Positions 35,917 to 44,234 of a DNA stretch of 64,000 bases are shown piece after piece. The stretch lies in contig CAZVUG010000016.1 of the NCBI GenBank assembly GCA_964629675.1, forward strand, positions 43 to 64,042, in the 5' to 3' direction. The stretch comes from an uncultured Candidatus Saccharibacteria bacterium (GTDB lineage: Bacteria > Patescibacteriota > Minisyncoccia > Portnoybacterales > UBA2143). The number at the start of each line of letters is the position of its first letter. Position 1 is the stretch's first letter. The position numbers and the translations under genes are program-made. Below the pieces are notes generated by a model that was not told where the DNA came from, searched no databases, and worked only from the letters and a program-made list of their open reading frames with translations.

Positions 35917-37155
35917 TTAAATCTTCTCCCTAGTAGGCTCTTTTAATGGCTTTAGCTTATTTTTTTGAAATTGGGCAATAATATTTCTAATATCTCCATC
36001 TTCTCCCCAATAGATATCAACAATGTTGTCCCTTAAGGCATGCAGAGAAATCGGCCCCATTTCTTTGCTAATTACTGAATCAATTTTTTCATTAATGACT
36101 AATTGAACTGTGCTCAAACCAGCCCTTATTTTTTTCCCTTGATAAATATTATTTTTAACATAATATCCCTGAATCCCCTGGCTGTCTAAATTAATAAAAA
36201 TAAAGTTCTTAGCTCGGCCAAAATGCTCAGAGATTATTGAATCAAGGCCTTGATCTTCTTCAATTGGTATGCAAATCTTTTGCTTGTGGACCATAAAAGG
36301 CAAAACAGTAACTGTAAAAGTATCAATTGCCTTTATTTTTCTTTTAATTTCCTTTTCAATATTTTCCGAGATTTCATAAGCTCTTTTAACATCTATGCTC
36401 TTGCCAATTTTAATTTTGACTTCGCCAAAAATAAGGGGGCCTGATTTTCTTAATCTTAAATTTTCAAATTCGCGGACGCCAGAAATATTATTTAAAATTT
36501 TCTCAATTTTTTCCTCATTTTCCTTTGACGGCGAGACATCCATCAAGGCAAAAATAGAATCTTTAGCTGAACTTAAACCAGCTTCAAAAATAAACAAAGA
36601 GATCAAAATTCCCATGACTCCTTCTAAATAAGAAATTTCCAGCCAAGCAGCAAATAAGCCGATTAAGACTAAGGAAGAAGAAAGCAAATGTAAACGAGAT
36701 TCCCGGCCGTCAGCAACTAAACTTTGCGAATTGATCTTTTTGCCTATTTTAACTTCGTAAGTGCCAATTGAAAACATGACAATGGCGTCTAAAATAGCTG
36801 CGCCAATTGCCACTAAGGGAATATTTAATTCTGGCTTAACAAATAATTCAGAAAAGCTTTCTCTAATAATTGTTACGCCGGCAAAAATAATTAAAACTGA
36901 AATCAAAAAAGCAGTTAGATTTTCTGCTTTGTAATAACCATAGGAAAATTTTTTAGTCGGCCTTTTCTGGGAAATTTTTAAGCCGAACCAAGCAGCAAAA
37001 CTAGAAAGAGAATCAGCTGCGCTATGAATAGCATCACCCATCAGAACAACACTTCCGGAAATAAGGCCAATTATTCCCTTAAGGACCGCTAAACTTATTG
37101 TTGCCAAGGCCGAAATAATAGTAGTTCTTTGGCCTTTTTTAAAAATTTCCGCCAT
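35917..37155 (-). CDS. Cation diffusion facilitator (CDF) transporter fused to a C-terminal NifX/NifB-like (Nitro_FeMo-Co) domain
   Basis: TM2 metal site GDAIHSAADSLSS, six TM segments and a cytoplasmic CDF domain. The last roughly 110 aa (KICIPIEEDQGLDSIISEHFGRAKNFIFINL...) match the NifX-like fold pattern of the next gene. Confidence 0.75.
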   Translation of the reverse strand: MAEIFKKGQRTTIISALATISLAVLKGIIGLISGSVVLMGDAIHSAADSLSSFAAWFGLKISQKRPTKKFSYGYYKAENLTAFLISVLIIFAGVTIIRESFSELFVKPELNIPLVAIGAAILDAIVMFSIGTYEVKIGKKINSQSLVADGRESRLHLLSSSLVLIGLFAAWLEISYLEGVMGILISLFIFEAGLSSAKDSIFALMDVSPSKENEEKIEKILNNISGVREFENLRLRKSGPLIFGEVKIKIGKSIDVKRAYEISENIEKEIKRKIKAIDTFTVTVLPFMVHKQKICIPIEEDQGLDSIISEHFGRAKNFIFINLDSQGIQGYYVKNNIYQGKKIRAGLSTVQLVINEKIDSVISKEMGPISLHALRDNIVDIYWGEDGDIRNIIAQFQKNKLKPLKEPTREKI

Positions 37156-37528
37156 ATCTTCTTCCCATGCCTAAATGGGATGGGCCAGTTGGCCCTTTAA
37201 TTTCTTTTAATTCTCCCTGACTATATTTTTTTAAAGCTTCTCTGGCAGAAATGCCAGCAACTCCAGTAAATATTTTTAGACCGCTGCTACTTAAAACAGC
37301 AAAAGCTCGCGGGCCAACATTGCCCGTAATAATAACTTTTGCTCCTGAAGAAGCAACTGCCTGAGCAGCCGTAATACCGGCTCCGCCCATTGCTTCTATT
37401 CCTGGATTATTGATCACTTCTACTTTTTTCCCTTCTTGATCAGTGACTAAAAAATAATTAGCCCTACCAAAACGAGGGTCTATCGGCGAATCTAGATTAG
37501 GAGAACTAACGCTTAGACAAATCTTCAT
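37139..37528 (-). CDS. NifX/NifB-like (dinitrogenase FeMo-cofactor-binding family) protein with Gly/Pro/Arg tail
   Basis: MKICLSVSS..LDSPIDPRFGRANYFLV...GGAGITAAQAV...GAKVIITGNVGPRAF. C-terminal tail GPTGPSHLGMGRRYGG. Confidence 0.8.
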   Translation of the reverse strand: MKICLSVSSPNLDSPIDPRFGRANYFLVTDQEGKKVEVINNPGIEAMGGAGITAAQAVASSGAKVIITGNVGPRAFAVLSSSGLKIFTGVAGISAREALKKYSQGELKEIKGPTGPSHLGMGRRYGGNF

Positions 37529-37530
37529 AA

Positions 37531-37800
37531 TTAATTGTTTTTATTTAGCTCCTCAAGGCGATTTTTAATTCCTTCCGTATCTTTTTTTAAAAGATTCAAT
37601 TCTTCATTAAGAATTTTCTTTTCTTCTTCTTTGGCTGGCTGAGATTCTTCAGAATAATAACGTCTGAATCCATAGCCTCTACCAAATCCTAAACCGCGGC
37701 CATAGCCGTAACGAGAAGTATAACCTGGAAAGCAGTTACCCATTCCCCGTCCAGTTCTTGGACCTAGTCCTTGAGGGCCTCTTCCATTTAAAGCAGGCAT
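37531..37800 (-). CDS. DUF5320-family protein
   Basis: N-terminus MPALNGRGPQGLGPRTGRGMGNCFPG..., followed by a Gly/Arg/Tyr-rich stretch and a C-terminal coiled coil. This is the architecture typical of DUF5320. Confidence 0.75.
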   Translation of the reverse strand: MPALNGRGPQGLGPRTGRGMGNCFPGYTSRYGYGRGLGFGRGYGFRRYYSEESQPAKEEEKKILNEELNLLKKDTEGIKNRLEELNKNN

Positions 37801-37823
37801 TTTATTTGTTTATAAGGATAAAT

Positions 37824-37888
37824 CCTCATAATATTATTATATCAGATAACTACGACTTTTAACACTGTTAATAGTTATCTATTATGAG
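37824..37888. promoter_or_regulatory. Nested palindromes overlapping the putative promoter of the DUF5320 operon
   Basis: Three nested inverted repeats: CTCATAAT (37824-31) / ATTATGAG (37881-88); AGATAACTA (37844-52) / TAGTTATCT (37872-80); inner TTAACA-C-TGTTAA (37859-71). Minus-strand TGTTAA, 17 nt, TATAAT (37841-36) would make the inner palindrome overlap the -35 element. Confidence 0.4.
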
Positions 37889-37911
37889 TATATACCCATA
37901 ACAAACCATTG

Positions 37912-38946
37912 TCAAGCTCTATTCCACTCTTTCAGATTATCCATTAATTTCTGCTCGAGCAGAATTTCTTCCAGTCTTTCCTTGTATTCAGGCTTTTTAA
38001 TTTGGTCCGTTACTTTTTGGTATCCTTGATATTGTTTTAAAAGCTGATCTCGCTTTTCATCAATTTCTTTATCGTTTACTTTAATCTCCCCTTTTTTAAG
38101 AATTTCCCTGAGAATTAAAGAGATTTTCACTCTTTTTTCAGCAACTGGGGAAAATTCTTTTTTAAGATCTGCTTCACTTTTTTTAGCATTTTGCAAGTAA
38201 TCCTCAAATTTTCCTCCTTGAGAAACAATATTTTTCTTAAGATTAGCCAGCATTGATTCTATCTCTTGATTAACAATTGCTTCCGGGATTTCTCCAAACT
38301 GTGAATTCTTTATTATTTTTTCCAAAATATCTGATTCAAATTTTTCTTTGGCTGCCTGCTTTTTTTGTTCTAAAAGATATTTTTCTAAATCTTCTTCTAA
38401 TTTTTTCAGGCTTTCGAAATTCAATCCTTTAGCAAAATTATCATCTATTGGCTTTTTCTCTTCTTCTTTCTTTTCTTCATCTTTTTTCCCATCAACTTTC
38501 ATCTTTTTCAGAAATTCCAATTGTTTTTTGATTTCTTCTTTATTAACTTCTGCTTTATCTTCTTTGACTTTTAGATTCTTGTATTCGCCTAAAGTTATTT
38601 CCGGCAAAATGTTTAAAATAATCTTATATTCTAAATCATTGCCAGAAGCTATTTTAGTTATCTCAACTTCCGGCTGACCAAGAAAAGAGGCTTTTGCTTT
38701 TTTTAAAACCTCGGGAAGATTGCTTCGGATAGCTAAAGAAGCAGCTCTTTCTAAAACAGCCATCTCACCGACTCTTTGTTTAACTACTTCAAAAGATGCT
38801 TTCCCTTGGCGAAATCCCTTTATTTTAATTTCTTGAGATATTTCCGCAGCACCTTTATCAAAATATTTTTTAAAATCAGCAAAAGGCAAAACAACTGCTA
38901 AAGCGATTCTCCCCTTTCCCAATTCTTTCTTCTCTATTTTTATCAT
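37912..38946 (-). CDS. tig: Trigger factor lacking the PPIase domain
   Basis: N-terminal ribosome-binding signature GFRQGKAS and a C-terminal TF arm domain. The central FKBP domain is replaced by a Lys/Glu-rich linker (344 aa). Confidence 0.75.
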   Translation of the reverse strand: MIKIEKKELGKGRIALAVVLPFADFKKYFDKGAAEISQEIKIKGFRQGKASFEVVKQRVGEMAVLERAASLAIRSNLPEVLKKAKASFLGQPEVEITKIASGNDLEYKIILNILPEITLGEYKNLKVKEDKAEVNKEEIKKQLEFLKKMKVDGKKDEEKKEEEKKPIDDNFAKGLNFESLKKLEEDLEKYLLEQKKQAAKEKFESDILEKIIKNSQFGEIPEAIVNQEIESMLANLKKNIVSQGGKFEDYLQNAKKSEADLKKEFSPVAEKRVKISLILREILKKGEIKVNDKEIDEKRDQLLKQYQGYQKVTDQIKKPEYKERLEEILLEQKLMDNLKEWNRA

Positions 38947-38952
38947 ATTTTA

Positions 38953-40947
38953 TTAAAGCAAGGGAGCAATAATCAAAGAAACAATAGCCATTAGTTTCAG
39001 TAAAATGTTCAGCGAAGGACCAGCAGTATCCTTAAAAGGATCACCAACGGTATCGCCAACTACTGCTGCTTTATGAGCATCAGAACCCTTACCACCTAAA
39101 TTACCAGATTCAATATATTTTTTAGCATTATCCCAGGCGCCCCCTGAATTAGCCATTGTTACCGCTAAAAGGAAGCCAGAAACTAGAGATCCGGCTAGAA
39201 ATCCAGCTAAAGGAGCTGCTCCCAGGGAAAAGCCGACAATTATCGGCGCCACAATCGTTAAAACAGCCGGAAAAATCATTTCTCGCAAAGCGCTCTTCGT
39301 CACAATATCAATACAGCGATTATAATCAGGTTTGCCAGTTCCCTGCATAATTCCTTTGATAGTCTTAAATTGATGGCGAACTTCTTCTACCATTGCCATA
39401 GCTGCCCGGCTGACAGCCTGCAAAGCGAAAGAGGAAAAGATAAATGGCATTAAGCTGCCTAAGAATAAGCCAATGATAACTTTGTAATTCATTAAATCGA
39501 CAAAAGGCAAGCCGACAATTGTACTAAAACTGACCATTAAAACTAAAGCCGTCATAGCTGCTTCACCAATTGCAAATCCTTTGCCAATGGCTGCTGTTGT
39601 GTTGCCAACAGCGTCTAAATCTTCCGCCTTTTCTCTAATATCGCTTCCCATGCCAGCCATTTCCGCAATACCAGCAGCATTATCAGTCACTGGACCAAAA
39701 GTATCTGTAGCCAGAACTATTCCTAAAGTGGAGAGCATGCCGACAGCCGCTAAAGTAATACCAAAAAGTTGACTCCAGGTATATGAAAGGAAAATGACTA
39801 AAGCTATTGTCAAGACAGGAACAACTGTACTTGTTAAGCCTAAGGCAAAACCAGCAATAACATTAGTCCCTGCCCCAGTTTGAGCAGCCTGGGCTACTTT
39901 TCTCGTAAATCTGTACTGATGCGAAGTAAAATATTCCGTAATCAAGCCAATAACAAATCCAGCCAAGAGACCGGAGATAATACAGTAGAAAATATCCAGG
40001 CCAAAACCTAAATATTTGACTAAACCATAAGCAGCAAAAGCCATTAGAATAGTAGCTCCCCAAATACCGCGGTTTAGTATTTTCTGTCCCAATCCCTTTT
40101 CTTCTTCTTTCCTTCTTGAACTGCCTTTCTTTTCGCGAGAACTCATTTTAATAAAAATATTGCTAATTAAACTAACTAAGATACCGGTTGCCGCAATAGT
40201 CATTGGCAGAAAGATTCCTTTATCTCCTGCAATAACCAAAGAGCCAATTACCATCGCTGCTGTAATATTTTCAACATAGGTCTCAAAAAGATCCGAGCCC
40301 ATTCCAGCAACATCTCCGACATTATCACCGACATTATCAGCAATCGTTGCCGGATTCCTTGGGTCATCTTCCGGAATCCCCTTTTCTACTTTGCCGACTA
40401 AGTCAGCACCGACATCTGCTGCTTTAGTATAAATACCGCCGCCGACTCTGGTAAAAAGAGCGACCGCTGAAGCTCCAAAGCCAAAACCATAAATAATGGT
40501 TGGCTCTTTAAAAATTAAATAAAAAATAGCTACGCCTAAAAGACCAAAGCCAACAACACTTAGAGCCATTACGCTGCCACTATTAAAAGCAACATTAAGG
40601 CCCGATCCTAAGCTTTTTTTCAAGCTTTCAGCCGTTCTAACATTAGCCATCGTTGCTATCCTCATACCAATCTGCCCAGCTAAAGCGCTTAGAAAAGCTC
40701 CGCCAATAAAAGCAAAAGCTGTTTCCGGCTTTAAGAAATAGTAGATTAAGACAAAAACAATTAAAGCAAAGATAATGAGAATCTTATATTCTCTATTAAG
40801 AAAAGTCATTGATCCGCGATGGATCATATCGCTGATTTCTTTCGCTTTGCCTTCAGCTACTTTTTGTTTTTTTATCCGCCAGGCTAAAAGGCCAGCGAAT
40901 AATAAAGCAATTAATGGAATTGCTAAGATATAGTAAGTTTGTAACAT
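38953..40947 (-). CDS. hppA: Membrane-bound ion-translocating pyrophosphatase (K+-dependent type by the GNTTAA motif)
   Basis: 664 aa, about 16 TM segments. Motifs: [49 protein letters not shown]. Confidence 0.92.
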   Translation of the reverse strand: MLQTYYILAIPLIALLFAGLLAWRIKKQKVAEGKAKEISDMIHRGSMTFLNREYKILIIFALIVFVLIYYFLKPETAFAFIGGAFLSALAGQIGMRIATMANVRTAESLKKSLGSGLNVAFNSGSVMALSVVGFGLLGVAIFYLIFKEPTIIYGFGFGASAVALFTRVGGGIYTKAADVGADLVGKVEKGIPEDDPRNPATIADNVGDNVGDVAGMGSDLFETYVENITAAMVIGSLVIAGDKGIFLPMTIAATGILVSLISNIFIKMSSREKKGSSRRKEEEKGLGQKILNRGIWGATILMAFAAYGLVKYLGFGLDIFYCIISGLLAGFVIGLITEYFTSHQYRFTRKVAQAAQTGAGTNVIAGFALGLTSTVVPVLTIALVIFLSYTWSQLFGITLAAVGMLSTLGIVLATDTFGPVTDNAAGIAEMAGMGSDIREKAEDLDAVGNTTAAIGKGFAIGEAAMTALVLMVSFSTIVGLPFVDLMNYKVIIGLFLGSLMPFIFSSFALQAVSRAAMAMVEEVRHQFKTIKGIMQGTGKPDYNRCIDIVTKSALREMIFPAVLTIVAPIIVGFSLGAAPLAGFLAGSLVSGFLLAVTMANSGGAWDNAKKYIESGNLGGKGSDAHKAAVVGDTVGDPFKDTAGPSLNILLKLMAIVSLIIAPLL

Positions 40948-41012
40948 ATTTTTAAGAAGGGCCTCAAACCCCTTTAATTATTATTCCATTCTATAGAAAA
41001 ACTGAAACAATT

Positions 41013-42275
41013 TCAAGAGTTTTTCCTGATTGCTTCAACAGGACTCATTTGCGCAGCCTTGCGGGCAGGATACATACCAAAAGAAATTCCTATTGCTAAG
41101 GTGACTAAAAAAGCAGCGACAATTGCCGGCCAAGAAACAACTAAAGGCCAAGACAAACCTTGGCTCTGCGCTATTATTCCCCCAACAAAAGCTCCAGCTA
41201 CGCCTAGAATTGCTCCAGTAATGCCTCCTAAGCTAGTCATTATTAAGCTTTCTAACAAAAATTGTCGCAGGATATCTTTGCGGTTAGCTCCTAATGATTT
41301 GCGCAAGCCAATTTCCCTAGTTCGCTCGCTGACTGAAACTAACATAATATTCATAACGCCTATTCCGCCGACTAACAAGGAAATGCCAGCTAAAAATCCT
41401 AAAAGCAAATCTAAGATAATTGTAATATCTTCAACTTGTTCTAATATTTCCTGCATAGTTGTAATCATAAAATCATCTTTGCTTGGATCTTTGATATTAT
41501 GATTTTGTCGAAGCATTCGGGAAATTTCTTCTTCAGCTCGAGGAAAGTAGCTTGGATCTTTAACAGTTAAGGCAATTTCTGATAAATAATCTATGCCTAA
41601 AACTTCTTTGAGAGTTGTATTTAAAGGCAAGAAAATAAAATCATTCATATCTATTCCGCCAAAACTAATTCCGCCATAAGGCTCTAATACGCCAACCACT
41701 TTAAAACTTTGTCCCTTTAATTTAATTTTTTTATCTAAAGGATCTTCTTCGGCAAAAAGCTCTTTTTTTAAATTATTTCCCAAAACAGCTACCCTGGCTA
41801 AGCTTTGATTATCGTTTTCTATAAAAAAGCGGCCTTCTTCTATTTTCATTGTCCGGAAAATTTTCAAAAAGTCAGGACTTCCGCCGTAGATCAAAACTCT
41901 TTTCTCGTTATTTCGGTAAGTTGCCCAATCTTGAGCAAAAGCTTGTCCAGTGACTGCTTCTATATAAGGAAATTTCTCTTTATCTTGGAGCGCTTCAATA
42001 TCTCTAGTTTTTAAGGTGGTAATTTTTATTCCCTGGGCCATTGAGACCATTGAGCCTACTTCGTCTTGATCAGGTATTTTAACTGCTATATCCATCACAT
42101 TATACCCAAAAGATTCTATTTCGCTTGTTACTAGCTCTTTTAAGCTTTGGCCCAAAGAAAGAATCATGACAACTGCGCCGACACCAATAACAATACCAAG
42201 CATAGACAATAAGCTACGCAATTTGTTAGCCTTTAAAGCAATAATTGATTGTTTGATAGTAGCTGATAAATTCAT
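41013..42275 (-). CDS. MacB-type ABC transporter permease (MacB_PCD + FtsX)
   Basis: N-terminal TM segment, a roughly 220-aa extracytoplasmic domain and a C-terminal FtsX region with ERTREIGLRKSLGA. Confidence 0.85.
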   Translation of the reverse strand: MNLSATIKQSIIALKANKLRSLLSMLGIVIGVGAVVMILSLGQSLKELVTSEIESFGYNVMDIAVKIPDQDEVGSMVSMAQGIKITTLKTRDIEALQDKEKFPYIEAVTGQAFAQDWATYRNNEKRVLIYGGSPDFLKIFRTMKIEEGRFFIENDNQSLARVAVLGNNLKKELFAEEDPLDKKIKLKGQSFKVVGVLEPYGGISFGGIDMNDFIFLPLNTTLKEVLGIDYLSEIALTVKDPSYFPRAEEEISRMLRQNHNIKDPSKDDFMITTMQEILEQVEDITIILDLLLGFLAGISLLVGGIGVMNIMLVSVSERTREIGLRKSLGANRKDILRQFLLESLIMTSLGGITGAILGVAGAFVGGIIAQSQGLSWPLVVSWPAIVAAFLVTLAIGISFGMYPARKAAQMSPVEAIRKNS

Positions 42276-43510
42276 TATTCGTATCTTAAAGCTTCAATTG
42301 GATTCAACTTAGCTGCTTTATTGGCCGGCCACAGGCCAAAAAGCAAGCCAATTCCAATAGCCATTAACAAAGAGACAATGATTGAGGTAGGCGTAATAAT
42401 AAAATTCCAGTCAAATCCATACCAGTTAACCCCTAAACTGACTGATAAAGAAATTAAAATTCCTAAAATGATTCCAAGCAATCCGCCTATTAAAGTCATT
42501 GTTGAGCTTTCCATTAAAAATTGGATCATAATATCTTTTCTTTGCGCGCCCAAAGCTTTTCTTAAGCCAACTTCCCTAGTCCGCTCATTAACAACAACGA
42601 ACATAATATTCATAATGCCTATGCCGCCGACAATTAAAGATATAGCAGCAACAACAGTTAGGAACATTTTTAAAGCTTGCGTTATTACGCCCAGAATATC
42701 TAAAGCCTGAGCAATGTTTCTGACAGAAAAATCATCTTTTTTGGGATCTTTAATATTATGCCGAAAGCGAAGGTTTTCTTTGATTTGATTAATTGTTAAA
42801 TCAATATTTTCCGCTTCATCTACTTTAACTCTAATAAAAGTTAAATGATCTATTCCTAGAAGCATTTTCTGAGCAGTTTTGACTGGCAGAAAAACTTGCT
42901 TATCTTGATTCTGGAAAAGGACAACTCCCCTTTCTTCCATGACGCCGATAACTTTAAAGCTTACTTGGCCAATTTTGACTCTCTGGTTAATTGGATTATC
43001 TGTTCCGAAAAGCTCTTCTTTCACTTTGCTGCCTAAGACAACTACCCGGGCTAAACTGCTTACCTCGTCTGGCTTAATAAAACGGCCTTCTTGCACAGAA
43101 GCGTCTTCTATTTCAAGATAATCAGCATCTACTCCCAAATAATCATAATTGCGGCTCTGGTTAAAAAAACTGACAGTTCCTCGGCCATTAACGTAGGGAC
43201 AAGCAGCAGTAACATGATTTAAATTTTCAAGGGCTATCTCATCTTCGTGGGTTAAAGTTGTTACTTCAATGCCAAAAGCCGATGCCGGAGCTCCCATTTC
43301 ATCTGAAGCCCCTGGCAAAATCCCTATGAGATTGCTTCCCATAGCGCGGACTTGGGATAAAAGTAAATCCTGAGCACCTGCGCCAGCTGACATAATTGAG
43401 ATTACCGCAGCTACGCCGATAATAATGCCCAGCATAGTTAAAAAAGACCGCCCTTTCCGCAGCATTAAGTTTTTAAGCGAATATTTAAAAATGCTTAATA
43501 AACGCATCAT
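42275..43510 (-). CDS. MacB-type ABC transporter permease, second paralogue
   Basis: Same architecture, with ERTREVGLRKALGA. Its stop overlaps the start of the downstream permease. Confidence 0.85.
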   Translation of the reverse strand: MMRLLSIFKYSLKNLMLRKGRSFLTMLGIIIGVAAVISIMSAGAGAQDLLLSQVRAMGSNLIGILPGASDEMGAPASAFGIEVTTLTHEDEIALENLNHVTAACPYVNGRGTVSFFNQSRNYDYLGVDADYLEIEDASVQEGRFIKPDEVSSLARVVVLGSKVKEELFGTDNPINQRVKIGQVSFKVIGVMEERGVVLFQNQDKQVFLPVKTAQKMLLGIDHLTFIRVKVDEAENIDLTINQIKENLRFRHNIKDPKKDDFSVRNIAQALDILGVITQALKMFLTVVAAISLIVGGIGIMNIMFVVVNERTREVGLRKALGAQRKDIMIQFLMESSTMTLIGGLLGIILGILISLSVSLGVNWYGFDWNFIITPTSIIVSLLMAIGIGLLFGLWPANKAAKLNPIEALRYE

Positions 43511-43514
43511 AGCT

Positions 43515-44234
43515 TTATTTATTTAATCCATTTTTAGCTATTCTCTGATTTTCTACTTTCCAATCACTAATTAATTTACCGTCCTTTAGACCTAAAACCC
43601 GATGAGCACATTCAGCTAGATATTTTTCGTGGGTAACCATTAAAATTGTATGGCCTTCTTCTTGATTGAGCTTTTGTAGGACCTCCATAACCTCTTGCCC
43701 AGAATGGCTGTCCAGATTGCCAGTTGGTTCATCAGCCAGAATCAGGCTAGGCTGATTGACCAAAGCCCTAACGATAGCTGCTCTTTGCTGTTCTCCGCCA
43801 GAAAGCTGATTAGGCAAATGATTAATTCGATGAGAAATACCAACTTTTTGCAAAAGATCTTTGGCTCTTTTTTCAACTGCTTGCCGGTCAACATGCGGCG
43901 TATAGATAGTTGGCAGCAAAATATTATCCCAAACGGAAGTTCTAGATAAAAGATTGTAGTTCTGAAAAACAAAGCCAATCTTTTGGTTTCTAATTTGGGC
44001 TAATCTTTCATCTTGAAATTTACTAACTTCTTCTCCTTCTAAGAAATATTTTCCTGAAGTGGGCTTGTCTAAAAATCCAATAATATGCATCAATGTTGAT
44101 TTGCCTGATCCAGAAGAGCCCATGATAGCAATAAATTCGCCTTTTTCAACTTCAAAAGTAACCCCGCTCAAAGCCGGGGTTACTAAATTATCATTAACAT
44201 AATTTTTCCCGATATTTTCTAATTTAATCAGCAT
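43515..44234 (-). CDS. ABC transporter ATP-binding protein (MacB/LolD-type)
   Basis: Walker A GSSGSGKST, signature LSGGEQQR and Walker B ILADEPTGNLD. Confidence 0.9.
   Translation of the reverse strand: MLIKLENIGKNYVNDNLVTPALSGVTFEVEKGEFIAIMGSSGSGKSTLMHIIGFLDKPTSGKYFLEGEEVSKFQDERLAQIRNQKIGFVFQNYNLLSRTSVWDNILLPTIYTPHVDRQAVEKRAKDLLQKVGISHRINHLPNQLSGGEQQRAAIVRALVNQPSLILADEPTGNLDSHSGQEVMEVLQKLNQEEGHTILMVTHEKYLAECAHRVLGLKDGKLISDWKVENQRIAKNGLNK

Noticed and set aside
41059-42710. Plus-strand ORFs of 147 aa and 129 aa (41059-41502 and 42321-42710)
   Set aside because: They are antisense to the conserved FtsX regions of the two MacB-type permeases. The same applies to the other 60-110-aa antisense ORFs listed inside P-type ATPase, murF, ftsI, hppA and others.
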